Notes under the pieces: model-generated | The model's database searches: none | The model's input: only the letters and a program-made list of their open reading frames with translations | What the model was told of the DNA's origin: nothing | Program-made: the position numbers and the translations under genes | Shown here: one piece after another, positions 29,460 to 39,495 of the stretch | Numbering within the stretch: the first letter of the stretch is position 1 | How the letters are laid out: every line of letters begins with the position of its first letter | Virus record (IMG/VR): IMGVR_UViG_3300032282_002699 | Coordinates: 26,323 to 90,322 of that record | Origin: a virus | DNA length: 64,000 nt | Direction: 5' to 3' (one strand)

Positions 29460-29906
29460 ATGTCAGACGAAAAACTTTTCGAACTTCTTAAGAAAAAACT
29501 TCCAGATAATCTTGCTTTTAAGACAGAGGGAGGACTTAAGGGCAAAACTGAAATCTCGGGTAGTCTTGAAGACTTTCTGGATTTTGTCGAAAGAGTTTGG
29601 AAAGACGGGTACTATCTTGACCCCCAGGATTCCCACATAAACGCAGAGGGTGACTTTGTAGTCATGCCTGACTTTGATAGGATTGCAGATGAGTATGATA
29701 TTGTAGTCAGGGAAGGAGGGGTTGGTCTTGTCCCCAAGGGAAGGATTAACATGGCGGACGTCCGACCCCCACGACCCACCCCTGAAAAAACAGAGAAACT
29801 TCCGTTTTCGGATCCCAAAAGGTGGGTAGAGTGGTGGCGCAACCCTCAGGAAGGCAAGGTGATCGACGTAACTGCTCACCCCGTTGATGAGAATAATGAC
29901 GATTAG
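29460..29906 (+). CDS. hypothetical protein
   Basis: ORF track; ATG 29460 chosen. Confidence 0.55.
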   Translation: MSDEKLFELLKKKLPDNLAFKTEGGLKGKTEISGSLEDFLDFVERVWKDGYYLDPQDSHINAEGDFVVMPDFDRIADEYDIVVREGGVGLVPKGRINMADVRPPRPTPEKTEKLPFSDPKRWVEWWRNPQEGKVIDVTAHPVDENNDD

Positions 29907-30141
29907 CCCTGCTGCTCAGGCTGTTTTGGATGCGTACGGGAATGCTCCCGATTTCCAACGGAACTACAGTGTTGACGAGTTGGAAAGAGTTTGTGTTGCC
30001 GCCGCTATTCAAGAAGCTTCCAATCAGGCAAACCCTGAGGAGAATATTGAAGACATTGACTATGCCCACCAACTTTATGTGGATGGTTGGAGGGATGCGT
30101 TGGAGACGATTCTTTCTATCGCCGCTGACTTGAGAAAATGA
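29896..30141 (+). CDS. hypothetical protein (SPAAQAVL family)
   Basis: N-terminus is paralogous to the ORF at 55755. Confidence 0.55.
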   Translation: MTISPAAQAVLDAYGNAPDFQRNYSVDELERVCVAAAIQEASNQANPEENIEDIDYAHQLYVDGWRDALETILSIAADLRK

Positions 30142-30563
30142 ACCGTTTCAAACAACGTATCCCTGCGTTCATCGACTCTAGGGGGATAACGAGAGTTAAC
30201 TTTGATTTCAATACGGTTGAGGAGCTTACCAGCCATCCTTTTATTCAAAGGTGGTTGAGTCACTACCCCGACTCAGTCCTTAGTAAAACAACCGGCACCA
30301 CCTTGCTGGTAGTGTCCAATGAGGGGTTCACCTGGCGGGCCATCGGTTGGATTGACGATCCCGAAAGTCTTGATCTGCCCGTGTGGAGAGGGGGAAAGCA
30401 CATCGTTAGGTATGCTGACGGGACAACTGAGGCGTTGACGCCAGAGAGTGACCCCAAGGTAGCAGTTGTCAGGTCTGGCGGAGAAGCTACCCTTAGCAAT
30501 GGTGCCAAGTGCAGTATCATCGAGTACAATGACTGGATCAAGGACAATGCCCAAAAAATCTGA
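30138..30563 (+). CDS. hypothetical protein
   Basis: ATGA coupling. Confidence 0.6.
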   Translation: MNRFKQRIPAFIDSRGITRVNFDFNTVEELTSHPFIQRWLSHYPDSVLSKTTGTTLLVVSNEGFTWRAIGWIDDPESLDLPVWRGGKHIVRYADGTTEALTPESDPKVAVVRSGGEATLSNGAKCSIIEYNDWIKDNAQKI

Positions 30564-30846
30564 TAAGACAATCAAGGAAGTTGACCTTAACAAGGTAAGA
30601 AAGATGATGGAGGGGTATCCGCAGGGAACCCGCATCAGGATGAAGGACGATCAGCCTTTGCCAGGCGTGACAGGGACGATTGTGGGACGTTGCACCCAGG
30701 GTCAACCCGTGATCGGGATAAACTACATCATCCGCCCTGATGACTCTTCCCAGGTAAAATGCGAGCAATACCCGTACGACTTCTTCTCTGCCTTTGAGTG
30801 CATGTTTACCGTCGTTGAAGGGGACTTGTGCCAATTTCTCCATTGA
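30547..30846 (+). CDS. hypothetical protein (SH3/KOW-like)
   Basis: YPQGTRIRM...GVTGTIVG. Confidence 0.5.
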   Translation: MPKKSDKTIKEVDLNKVRKMMEGYPQGTRIRMKDDQPLPGVTGTIVGRCTQGQPVIGINYIIRPDDSSQVKCEQYPYDFFSAFECMFTVVEGDLCQFLH

Positions 30847-30911
30847 CGGCACTTCTGACGATAACATCCAATTAAGGTGATTAACCCCCTATCCCCCCAC
30901 CTGTGAGACAA

Positions 30912-31409
30912 ATGACAACTAAGAAGGATTTACAAGCAAAGATTGAGGAGCTAGAGTCACAGCTTACGGAGTTTAAGCATCAGCTCTCACAGTTCAAGGA
31001 TTATCCCAGTATTTCTGAGGCTAATGCAGGGGATACCTTGGAAGATGGCAGCGTCGTTATCTACAACCCATGCAGTGTAGCTATCGTAATAGCCCCCAAG
31101 GAAACAGAGCGGCTTTGTGAGTGGCGCCTAACCTTGGCTTCCCCCGTGTACAATGCCCTTGTCAATAACGGCTTTCTGCCAAGTCAGTGGTTTATCCCCA
31201 CAGTCAAGCAGCTCCAGTATGCTATGGTTGCGGTTCCTGAGCAGTTCAAGGAAGGGACGTACTGGACGTCTGAAAAGTCCCAAGGCAATAACCACATTGA
31301 AAAGGGTGGTATAGCTCTTGGCTTCAACGGGAAAACTCCAGGCAACCCCTGCCACCTAATGTCCGATCTTCAGATGAACGTTAGGGCATTCCGCTGCATC
31401 TTTCACTGA
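30912..31409 (+). CDS. DUF1566/Lcl-like domain protein
   Basis: WFIPTVKQLQ...YWTSE...VRAFR. Confidence 0.55.
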   Translation: MTTKKDLQAKIEELESQLTEFKHQLSQFKDYPSISEANAGDTLEDGSVVIYNPCSVAIVIAPKETERLCEWRLTLASPVYNALVNNGFLPSQWFIPTVKQLQYAMVAVPEQFKEGTYWTSEKSQGNNHIEKGGIALGFNGKTPGNPCHLMSDLQMNVRAFRCIFH

Positions 31410-32304
31410 CTTGCCATGGATACCATTATCTACTTGTTTGACCCCTGCACCCTAAGTGACGATGAACTCTGGGAACTTGTCAACCAGTATGAAGAGTTTC
31501 AGAGGGAAGGGGTGATCGGGGATTGCCGACTCAGGGAGATTGCCGAGAAAGAAGAACAGTATGAAGGGCTAGTCGCTAGCCTGACGATCATGAGGATGGC
31601 GATAATAGCTCATCGCTCCTCTACAGAAATCCTCCGCCGAAACTTCCCCCACAGATTTCAGGACGGCCAGGGGAGTGTGTGTTGTTCGGAGGGGGATTAG
31701 ATGCCCAGGGAGATACTGCACCTTTACAAGCACCCTGAGATTGACTTCTCAGTTAGGGTGCCAACGGACTGGGATTACTGGACCTATGACGGGGAAAGGG
31801 TTAACTTCAGGATCAAAAAACTGGAGAATCCTGACCACCCCAACCACACAGGGTTCTACATCATCCTGTGGATCTTCTCTATCGCACTGATTTGGATGAA
31901 ACCCCGCAATGAAACTATCTGAAGAATCCTCTGTAGCCATCTCCTTTCTTATCGGACTGTTATTTTTCGGCCTGATTGCTTTTTCCTTCAACGCCTATGA
32001 AGGTTACTTAAAAGCATGGAGCACTCAGCAAGATCGACTAATGTTTCAGAAGGCATACGAGGCTGCCTTGGATTGCCGCCAAAAGGTTAGTCAATCCAGC
32101 TCTTCCCCCGGCAGCCGTATTATGGACCCAGATAAAATCTGCGGGACCGTCCCCTTCTTTACCGATTCTGTAGCATGATCCTTGTATTTTGGGTTGTTAC
32201 GTTTGCGGTTGACCTCTTATTCCCCCGTCATGGCCCCAGCTTCATGCTTGGTGCGATCTTCGGCATTGCGCTAACTGCTCTCTGTGCCAGGGGGGCTCCA
32301 GGGG

Positions 32305-32334
32305 TTGACAGGACCGGGGGGAGGGGACTATAAT
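32305..32334 (+). promoter_or_regulatory. sigma70-like early promoter
   Basis: TTGACA-N18-TATAAT. Confidence 0.75.
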
Positions 32335-32355
32335 ATGGGAACTTGCCCCAGCACC

Positions 32356-32607
32356 GTGACCAAAGAAGTGTGGCACATTCACAATTACGACGACCCGGAC
32401 GGGGAGCAGTGCTGCTTCCCCACCTTCGACAGCCGCAAGGATGCCGAAAAGTGCATCGCTGATGTCAGGGCAATGGCCGTGAGGGAGGGGTGGGGATGGC
32501 CTTCCCTTGCCCCGGTAGAGGGGAATCCGCCCGCTCCAGCCCCGGCCATGGGTGACGTTATGGGTGAACACGTCTATAACGGTGGTTGGTCATTCCCCGA
32601 TCGTTAG
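32356..32607 (+). CDS. hypothetical protein
   Basis: GTG start downstream of the promoter; GC-rich codons. Confidence 0.5.
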   Translation: MTKEVWHIHNYDDPDGEQCCFPTFDSRKDAEKCIADVRAMAVREGWGWPSLAPVEGNPPAPAPAMGDVMGEHVYNGGWSFPDR

Positions 32608-32677
32608 CCAACCGCCAATACTTCTAAGTATGCTAAACTGCGACTCTTGCTCTTCTTAAAGTCTCAAGCATTACGGT

Positions 32678-34333
32678 ATGAAAATCAACCTGAGTGATGA
32701 AGATAAAAAACAGATAAAAGATTACCTAGATTCTAATAGTTATCTTCCTGATAAATACAGGTTCTTACTATTTGACAATGACCGAAAAACCGAGCTAGTG
32801 TGGGAGGGAAAGACAGATCAAGTTTGCAATGAAGTAGTCCCCTTCGTAAACTCTGAGACAATAGGCTCTCAAGGCAGTAACTGCGAAGGTAATTGGGTTA
32901 ATAAGTTGATATTGGGAGATAATAAGCTGATTCTGAGTTCGCTGAAGAATGGCCCCTTGCGGCAGCAAATCGAAGATCAGGGCGGCCTCAAGCTGATCTA
33001 TATCGATCCGCCCTTTGACGTGGGTGCAGATTTTTCGATGGATGTCGAGATTGGAGAGAATAAATTCACTAAGAAGCCCAACATCCTTGAGGAGATAGCA
33101 TACCGTGACACCTGGGGGAAGGGGGCCGATTCTTTCGTTTCCATGATTTTTGAGCGTCTTGTACTCATGAGGGACTTGCTTTCTGAGTCTGGAAGCATCT
33201 ATTTGCATTGCGACTACAGAGTGACGGCAATCGTGAGATGCGCAATGGACGAAATATTCGGGGCAAAGAATCACATTAACGAAGTCATCTGGTGCTACAC
33301 TCAAGGCGGTAGGCCTCAAGAGGGATACCCCAACAAGCACGACACCCTCCACTTCTACGCAAAGAATATAGACGCATTTACCCTCAACAAAGACAAGATC
33401 AAAATCGCATACGACCTGTATTCCGACAAGTCATCCTCGGCCTTCACTAAAACAGATCAGGATGGCCGCAAATATTACACGAAGGTCGTAAATGGTAAGG
33501 AATATAGATATTATCAGGATGAAGGGAAGAATCCCTACGACTGGTGGAGTGATATCCCAAAAGTCACAGGCCGAGCTGCTGTTGCCGTGGGTTCCGAGCT
33601 AGTTGGATATCCCACGCAGAAGCCAGAAAAACTTCTTAATCGCATCATCCTGTCTGCTTCTGAAGAGAACGATCTAGTCGCAGACTTTTTCTGTGGTTCT
33701 GGAACAATGGCGGCAGTCGCCGAAAAACAAGGGCGTAAATGGATCGCAGCCGATCTTGGCAAGTTTGCAATACATACAACCCGTAAGCGGATGATTGGTG
33801 TTCAAGGCCACCTTATAGACAATGGTAAAGACTACAGGTCTTTCGAGGTTATTGAAGCAAGGGGGTGCGGGAGGGATAAAAACCTAACCGAAATAGCTGA
33901 TGCTGAAATTGTTTGGGAGGGTGATAGGTTTAAGGTGAACCTGATAAACTTTAGAGTAAGCTCTAGCATCTCACTAGAAGATGCAAAAAACAACTTGTTG
34001 TCCGGTAGAAAGAAAACAGCCACAGTAGTAGTCGATAACAATCTAGTAAGAGTTAGTAGACTGCCGGATAATAGTTTCTTCCAAACACAGCTAACTCACC
34101 ACTGGTGTGACTGGATCGATTATTGGTCTGTTGACTTTGACTACGGTGGAAGAGAATTTAAAAGCCATTGGCAAAGTTTCAGGACCCGTAAGTGCAGGAC
34201 TTTATGCTTAAGCTCTTGCGACTACCAACCTAATGGAACGACATCCATCGTGGCAGTAAAAGTTATTGACGTATTTTGTAACGAGGTCTCTCTAACTATC
34301 CCTCTGACCTTGTATAATGGTGACTTCTTATGA
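32678..34333 (+). CDS. Beta-class adenine DNA methyltransferase (type III Mod-like), orphan
   Basis: LIYIDPPF, AYRDTW, YPTQKPEKLL, DFFCGSG; C-terminal WIDYWSVDFDY...WQSFRT...VKVIDVF. Confidence 0.9.
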   Translation: MKINLSDEDKKQIKDYLDSNSYLPDKYRFLLFDNDRKTELVWEGKTDQVCNEVVPFVNSETIGSQGSNCEGNWVNKLILGDNKLILSSLKNGPLRQQIEDQGGLKLIYIDPPFDVGADFSMDVEIGENKFTKKPNILEEIAYRDTWGKGADSFVSMIFERLVLMRDLLSESGSIYLHCDYRVTAIVRCAMDEIFGAKNHINEVIWCYTQGGRPQEGYPNKHDTLHFYAKNIDAFTLNKDKIKIAYDLYSDKSSSAFTKTDQDGRKYYTKVVNGKEYRYYQDEGKNPYDWWSDIPKVTGRAAVAVGSELVGYPTQKPEKLLNRIILSASEENDLVADFFCGSGTMAAVAEKQGRKWIAADLGKFAIHTTRKRMIGVQGHLIDNGKDYRSFEVIEARGCGRDKNLTEIADAEIVWEGDRFKVNLINFRVSSSISLEDAKNNLLSGRKKTATVVVDNNLVRVSRLPDNSFFQTQLTHHWCDWIDYWSVDFDYGGREFKSHWQSFRTRKCRTLCLSSCDYQPNGTTSIVAVKVIDVFCNEVSLTIPLTLYNGDFL

Positions 34334-34417
34334 AATAATTGCGGGTGGAAACGATCTTTTTCCACATTTACAAGTTTTTTGCGAATAAATACAAAAACTT
34401 TCCCAATTCTCAAGAAA

Positions 34418-35869
34418 ATGTTACTGACTCAGGAACTGGTCAAAGAAACTGAAAAGAAGAAGCCTTACATCTCCATGAGGAAGATTGCGAGCTATCGCAA
34501 AAACCTTGTCAAAACTGAAAAAGGCAGGAGTGCTAATGCGGTATTCTCGGTGGTCGCCTTTGAGCATGAGGGCAAGGTGTCCTTTATCTGCGGTCACGGA
34601 TGTAGACAATCACCGACCGACCACAAGTTCCTATTCTCCAACCACTTCACCTACACCCTGTCTCTAAAGACTAACAAAGATGGGCAGAAGAGGTTTACCT
34701 TCTATAAGGTGAATAAGGATGCTCGCACAGGGGCCAACAAAGTAATAACAGTGAGTCCCAACCGGCTAAGGGACAAGATAGAGCAGGTGTTTGTAGATAC
34801 CCGGCCCAAGAACAAAAGGGATGGTCTTCCCAAAGTTCAGCTACAAAGACTCCTATCTGTTGTTCGTGCATTCCTAAGGAGGAATGGGATCAGCTATAAA
34901 GGGCTGAGCAAAGACCCATTCTGCCTAATGTATCAGCTTTGCTACCCCGGCTCAGCAAACTTCCACGATCAGACGGTGAGGAACCTGGGATGTTCTCGAC
35001 ATCTGAGAAATGACCCTCTCAAAGAAGTTCTTAGGACGAAGGGAAAACTTAGTCGTAGGCTCCTCTATGGGGCAATCATGAACCACCCCAGAGCATCTAA
35101 TAAGATCCTAATCCTGGCAAGGTACATCCGCATACACAAGTCCCTTGACCATGCCCAGCAGTTCCTGAAGGCAGTATCTGAGTGTAAACGGTACTTGTCG
35201 GATGACCCGTTCATGGTCTACAAAATTAACAGCTTAAAAGTCGGGCAGATGAAAGTGTTTGACAAACTGGAAGTTACTGAGTTTGTCGAAGTCGTTAGAG
35301 ATTCCCTCACCGTCTCTGACACATTCCGAATGATTGAGCAACTAGGGGGGAATAATGGCTTCAACCATGAGCAAATTCAATACAAGACGCTGAGAGAACT
35401 TCACGACCAACTGTCTCAGATGGTGCCTGGTATAGGTCGCCGGGGCCATACCATTGCATTTAAGCATTACGACTTTGATGCGACCAAGCCGTCAATGGAG
35501 TTCTGCTCCCTGCTCTCTGAGAGAATGAGCAAGTATAAGGTTGAGTATGCGAAGAATACATTGGAACTTGAGGAACAAGCGAAGAAGATGCACAACTGCT
35601 CCTTTTTCTACCACTCTTCGATCGCAAGTGGCGGTTATGCCATCTTCTGCATTGACGATAAGTACATGTTTGGGGTTAACCTCACAAGGGCTAAAGGGGG
35701 TTCGATCTTCGGCGGGATAGTCGAGTTAGACCAGGCTGTTACATTTTGTAATAGGAAGATTGAGGAGCATGAGCTGAGAGAAATGAATCAGGAGATTGAA
35801 AGGGTGCTGAGTGGGGTTGTCGATTATTGGTATTGTGGAAAGCTGGGAGTATGGGAAGATATTTGTTAA
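34418..35869 (+). CDS. PcfJ-like domain protein
   Basis: C-terminal LRELHD...LEEQAKKMHNC..Y. Confidence 0.6.
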   Translation: MLLTQELVKETEKKKPYISMRKIASYRKNLVKTEKGRSANAVFSVVAFEHEGKVSFICGHGCRQSPTDHKFLFSNHFTYTLSLKTNKDGQKRFTFYKVNKDARTGANKVITVSPNRLRDKIEQVFVDTRPKNKRDGLPKVQLQRLLSVVRAFLRRNGISYKGLSKDPFCLMYQLCYPGSANFHDQTVRNLGCSRHLRNDPLKEVLRTKGKLSRRLLYGAIMNHPRASNKILILARYIRIHKSLDHAQQFLKAVSECKRYLSDDPFMVYKINSLKVGQMKVFDKLEVTEFVEVVRDSLTVSDTFRMIEQLGGNNGFNHEQIQYKTLRELHDQLSQMVPGIGRRGHTIAFKHYDFDATKPSMEFCSLLSERMSKYKVEYAKNTLELEEQAKKMHNCSFFYHSSIASGGYAIFCIDDKYMFGVNLTRAKGGSIFGGIVELDQAVTFCNRKIEEHELREMNQEIERVLSGVVDYWYCGKLGVWEDIC

Positions 35870-36191
35870 CCCACCATACGGAAAAGATAAAGAAACAAAG
35901 ACTTCCATTAAAGATTGGCTCCGGCTATGTCACAATGCTAACCTTGTCCATAACTCCGAAGTCTTGGCTCTGATTCCGGTAGCCACTAATACAAGCCACT
36001 GGAAAAACTTCGTATTCGGTTCTGCTACGTCAGTATCATTTCTAGGAGACACTAGACTTAAGTTCATGATAAACGGTGTAGAAAGTGCCAAGGGTGCCCC
36101 CATGGCTTGCGCTATGGTGTATTGGGGCAATGACCACAGGAAGTTCAACAACGTATTCTCATCAGTCGGGGCGGTTGTCAGGTTGCGCTGA
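35811..36191 (+). pseudogene. N-terminally truncated phage Dam-like N6-adenine methyltransferase
   Basis: IFVNPPYG, LALIPVATNTSHW, RLKF, GAPMAC; no upstream SAM-binding segment; overlaps the PcfJ 3' end. Confidence 0.65.
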
Positions 36192-36234
36192 CTTGAGAGG
36201 GGCAGAACAGTCACGTCTCCTCAGTGCAGTGTGT

Positions 36235-36282
36235 TATAATATGGGAGTCAGCGGGCGAAGCCCGCACCGCTCCAAAACCATG
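36235..36282 (+). promoter_or_regulatory. Promoter-hairpin leader element copy 1
   Basis: TATAAT ATGGGAGTCA GCGGGC-GAA-GCCCGC ACCGC ... ATG. Confidence 0.85.
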
Positions 36283-36582
36283 GACAACGCCAACCAGACC
36301 GTCAACCACGAGCTTATCCGCCAGGTGATCCAGGAGGCTGGGTCGAAGATGGTCTCCGTGACCTTCACCAAGGCCGATGGCAGCGAGCGTCAGCTCACCT
36401 TCAACCCCCGCCACAAGGGGCAGATCCTGGGCACTGGCAACCCCATCAAGGATCCCGAGAAGGCTCAGAATGTCTTCCGCATCATGGACATCAACCTGAA
36501 TGAGTGGAGGAGCTTTGATGCCCGCCGGGTCTACCGGGTCAAGTTCCAAGGGAAGGTGGTGGATCTGCCCACCGCCGCCTAA
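36280..36582 (+). CDS. WYL_2/Sm-like SH3 beta-barrel protein
   Basis: VSVTFTKADGSER...MD....WRSFD. Confidence 0.65.
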   Translation: MDNANQTVNHELIRQVIQEAGSKMVSVTFTKADGSERQLTFNPRHKGQILGTGNPIKDPEKAQNVFRIMDINLNEWRSFDARRVYRVKFQGKVVDLPTAA

Positions 36583-36592
36583 TCCTTTTGTC

Positions 36593-36618
36593 AAGCCCTG
36601 GCTAACGCTGGGGCTTTT
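36593..36618 (+). terminator. Rho-independent terminator
   Basis: AAGCCCTGGC-TAAC-GCTGGGGCTT followed by TT. Confidence 0.7.
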
Positions 36619-36643
36619 CCCTATTTCCCTTCTTGCTTAGAAA

Positions 36644-37015
36644 ATGGATAACCATCCGATGCAACCCTCAGAGCAACAACTCAACCAGTGGTTCCGTGAG
36701 GCCCGGAATGCCCACCCTACCTCATACCTATGTGGCAAGGATACAGCCACCATTGCCCACCATGTTGCGAAACATGCTTATGCTGCTGCCGCTGACACTC
36801 AACTTGAGGTGTGTGCAGACTTCCTTGACAACTGCCTCCTCCCCTTAACACGGGCCAACCTCATGGAGAACTGTAGGCCGAAGCCCCTTAGCAAAAAGCA
36901 GAAGGCGCTGAAGGCTCTGGACAGGCTATCAAAGAGTGACTACCCAGCAAACATGCAGGATGATGCTGATTACGAGGCCATTCGGTCAGCATTGGATGAG
37001 ATCCCTGGAGATTGA
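36644..37015 (+). CDS. hypothetical protein
   Basis: ADTQLE.C module shared with the ORF at 57641. Confidence 0.6.
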   Translation: MDNHPMQPSEQQLNQWFREARNAHPTSYLCGKDTATIAHHVAKHAYAAAADTQLEVCADFLDNCLLPLTRANLMENCRPKPLSKKQKALKALDRLSKSDYPANMQDDADYEAIRSALDEIPGD

Positions 37016-37607
37016 CCTCACCTAAGGAACTGTAAATGTCCAAGAAAGATAGGTCAGGGTCAAGGCTTTTCCAGCATCGCTACAAAGGTGATGTTGTTGA
37101 AGTTTGGTATGGCCCTCCCGACGATTTCGAAAGCGAGCTTATCACAGCTATTCACTACACCTTCATCCCTGAGCTAATTGCCACCCTTAGGGGTTGCCTT
37201 GGGGATAAGGCACGGTCTTACCCCAACGACTGAATCAAACCCCAGGAATAAGAAGGAATTTTCAATGGAAAGGGCAACTGCGATTTCAGGGTCTATTGAT
37301 GATGCAGTTAAGGGACTTGTGAGTGAGACAATGGGCCTAACCCTCAAACCCTGCCGTGGTGATCGAGAGAGGGTTATCGCCGCTGTTTTGCAATGGGTGG
37401 TTGATAACCTTAGCGCTCAGGGGGTTGAGGGAAGCATCATTTTAGAGGGGGATGTTGGGAAGGTTATTGAAAGGTTGAGGTTGTTGTCGGAGCAAAAGGA
37501 GGGCCGCCCTCTTGATAGAGTGACTGTCTGTGGAACTATGGAAATGACCTATCAACCTAGCTCCTTCAGGACAGACCAAAGTTCGGATAAACTTAAGGAG
37601 GAATGAA

Positions 37608-37973
37608 ATGAACTACTTTGCACTGATTAGGTCCCCAAGAAGTGTATCCATAACTCTGCCCGATTCAGGGTTCCACATCGAGAGTAAGGAGGGGCTTGGG
37701 GATTACTTGGTATCCTTAGTCGATGAAATGGTTGGAGAGTCAGAGTCTTCAACCTATAACGCCTCGACATTCGGGAGGTTTGACAAGGATGCTTGGGGTT
37801 CCCCCTTAGACAACATTATCGTCTGTAAAGTAGTGAGCGAGATTGACAAGGTTCCCACATCTGACTGGATTCTCCAAAGAGTCATTGGCAGGAATGAGAA
37901 GGATAGGGATGAACGGTTCCAGCTTTACCTAGAGTTGAAGAAGGAGTTTGAGGGGGTTGACAATGGGGGCTGA
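37608..37973 (+). CDS. hypothetical protein
   Basis: SD AGGAGG; C-terminal YLELKKEFE. Confidence 0.6.
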   Translation: MNYFALIRSPRSVSITLPDSGFHIESKEGLGDYLVSLVDEMVGESESSTYNASTFGRFDKDAWGSPLDNIIVCKVVSEIDKVPTSDWILQRVIGRNEKDRDERFQLYLELKKEFEGVDNGG

Positions 37974-38029
37974 CGTGCCTTAGAATATGGGGGTAAGGCG
38001 GCAGAGCCGCCACCGCTCCGATAGCAATG
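37957..38029 (+). promoter_or_regulatory. Promoter-hairpin leader element copy 2
   Basis: TTGACA-N18-TAGAAT ATGGGGGTAA GGCGGC-AGA-GCCGCC ACCGC ... ATG. Confidence 0.85.
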
Positions 38030-38314
38030 TTCCCCGAAGTTTGGCAACCGCAGGACATCACCGATGCAACCGCCCTTGGCATCATCGAAGTTCCTACGGG
38101 TGATGACAACCCGTACTTTGAGGTGCTCAGGACGGCCGACAGCCTTGTGTTTGGCGGATCCACCAACGCCACTTTCCTTCAGAGTGGCTACCTGAGGTTG
38201 GATGAGGGTGAGAGCACGGATGAGGGTCTCCAGGAGCTAGTTGAGGATCTCCGTGTTTTCTATGCGGATGGCCCCCAATACGTGTCCCGGATTGTCGTCA
38301 ATGAGCGTATGTAA
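38027..38314 (+). CDS. hypothetical protein
   Basis: Follows leader copy 2. Confidence 0.65.
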   Translation: MFPEVWQPQDITDATALGIIEVPTGDDNPYFEVLRTADSLVFGGSTNATFLQSGYLRLDEGESTDEGLQELVEDLRVFYADGPQYVSRIVVNERM

Positions 38315-38343
38315 CCCCCTTGTCTTTGCGGAGCAAAGGGTGG

Positions 38344-38395
38344 TATAATATTGGGGTAAGGGCGGCCGAGTCGTCCACCTTATGGAGGTATCATG
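38344..38395 (+). promoter_or_regulatory. Promoter-hairpin leader element copy 3
   Basis: TATAAT ATTGGGGTAA GGGCGGC-CGA-GTCGTCC (two G.U pairs) ACC ... ATG. Confidence 0.8.
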
Positions 38396-38521
38396 CCTAA
38401 CCTTGAGGATCTCTACGTCGTTCCCACCGATGAGGAACTGGCCCTGGAGCGGCAGGATGACGACCGTAGGGAGGCGTGGGACTCCATGTACCTTGCCGAT
38501 AATTACGGCTCCGGTGCCTAA
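38393..38521 (+). CDS. small acidic protein (42 aa)
   Basis: Hand-translated MPNLEDLYVVPTDEELALERQDDDRREAWDSMYLADNYGSGA; a terminator follows. Confidence 0.6.
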   Translation: MPNLEDLYVVPTDEELALERQDDDRREAWDSMYLADNYGSGA

Positions 38522-38591
38522 TAGCACCGCCCTCCGCCCTAGCAATGCTGGGGCTTTTTGTCCCACCCTGCCACTCACGGGGTAAGGGTGG

Positions 38592-38640
38592 TATAATATG
38601 GGGGTAAGGCGGCAGGAGCCGCCACCGCTTCAGTGCAATG
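38592..38640 (+). promoter_or_regulatory. Promoter-hairpin leader element copy 4
   Basis: TATAAT ATGGGGGTAA GGCGGC-AGGA-GCCGCC ACCGC ... ATG. Confidence 0.85.
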
Positions 38641-38982
38641 CCTAGCCCCTATCGCCAGCAACTTGTCTCCGAGGCCAACCCCCTTGGGATCATTGCCCCT
38701 CCCGACCTGAATGGCTCCGCCAGGATCGCCCTGACCCAGGCAATCCGCCTGATGCCCGAACCTGAGCGGCTCGGTCTTCTCCTTAGCCGCAACCTGAAGT
38801 TGGTTAGGGTTGAGAGGGAGTATGCCCGCCTCCCCCGTGATCGTTATAGCCGCTGGCTTATCTCTGCCCTTTCCCGCCAAGAGCTGGAATACTGGTATGA
38901 ACAGGATTACAACTTGTCGGCTGAGGCTCGCCGGTTGCGCAACCAAGTCTCTTGCGGTACCCTGAGGGTTGACCCTTCCTAA
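38638..38982 (+). CDS. hypothetical protein
   Basis: Follows leader copy 4. Confidence 0.6.
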   Translation: MPSPYRQQLVSEANPLGIIAPPDLNGSARIALTQAIRLMPEPERLGLLLSRNLKLVRVEREYARLPRDRYSRWLISALSRQELEYWYEQDYNLSAEARRLRNQVSCGTLRVDPS

Positions 38983-39150
38983 GGGGGTCTACCCCCATCA
39001 CCACCCTCCGAGACGGATGAAGCTCAGTAACTATTGCTTCCTTACAGCGTCTATTTTCATAGCCGTACTCATGAAAGATAGTCCGGCATTTCTAATCCTT
39101 ATGGCGTTTAGCTGGTCTGGTGTAGCCATGTTCGCAATGAGTAAAGGCGA

Positions 39151-39495
39151 ATGAGCACTCACTGCCTCATCGCCATTAGACACGCCGATGGCACAGCCCA
39201 ATCCATCTACTGCCACTGTGACGGGTATCCCTCCCACACAGGCCCAGTCCTCCTCAACCATTTCAACACCTACGCCAAGGTGGTTGACCTGATCTCGGGA
39301 GGAGACGTTTCTAGAATTTCTAGCGAGGGGGTTGCTGATCGTTCAGAACTGCCCTATGCTTCCCACGACAACCTCAACGACCTGTCCAACTACCTTGAGC
39401 CTTACAACTACCTGTTTGATGGGACCCAGTGGATCCTGTTTGACAGGGTTCACAACAATGACGCCTTGGGAGTGAGGGTCGAGCTATGCGCATGA
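39151..39495 (+). CDS. conserved phage hypothetical protein (YCHxDGYP family)
   Basis: MST...I...SIYCHCDGYP..TG..L...EPYNYLFDG..W. Confidence 0.6.
   Translation: MSTHCLIAIRHADGTAQSIYCHCDGYPSHTGPVLLNHFNTYAKVVDLISGGDVSRISSEGVADRSELPYASHDNLNDLSNYLEPYNYLFDGTQWILFDRVHNNDALGVRVELCA

Noticed and set aside
30912-31409. DGR target (the DUF1566/CLec-like C-terminus could be a variable repeat)
   Set aside because: No reverse transcriptase and no near-identical template repeat were seen in the window.
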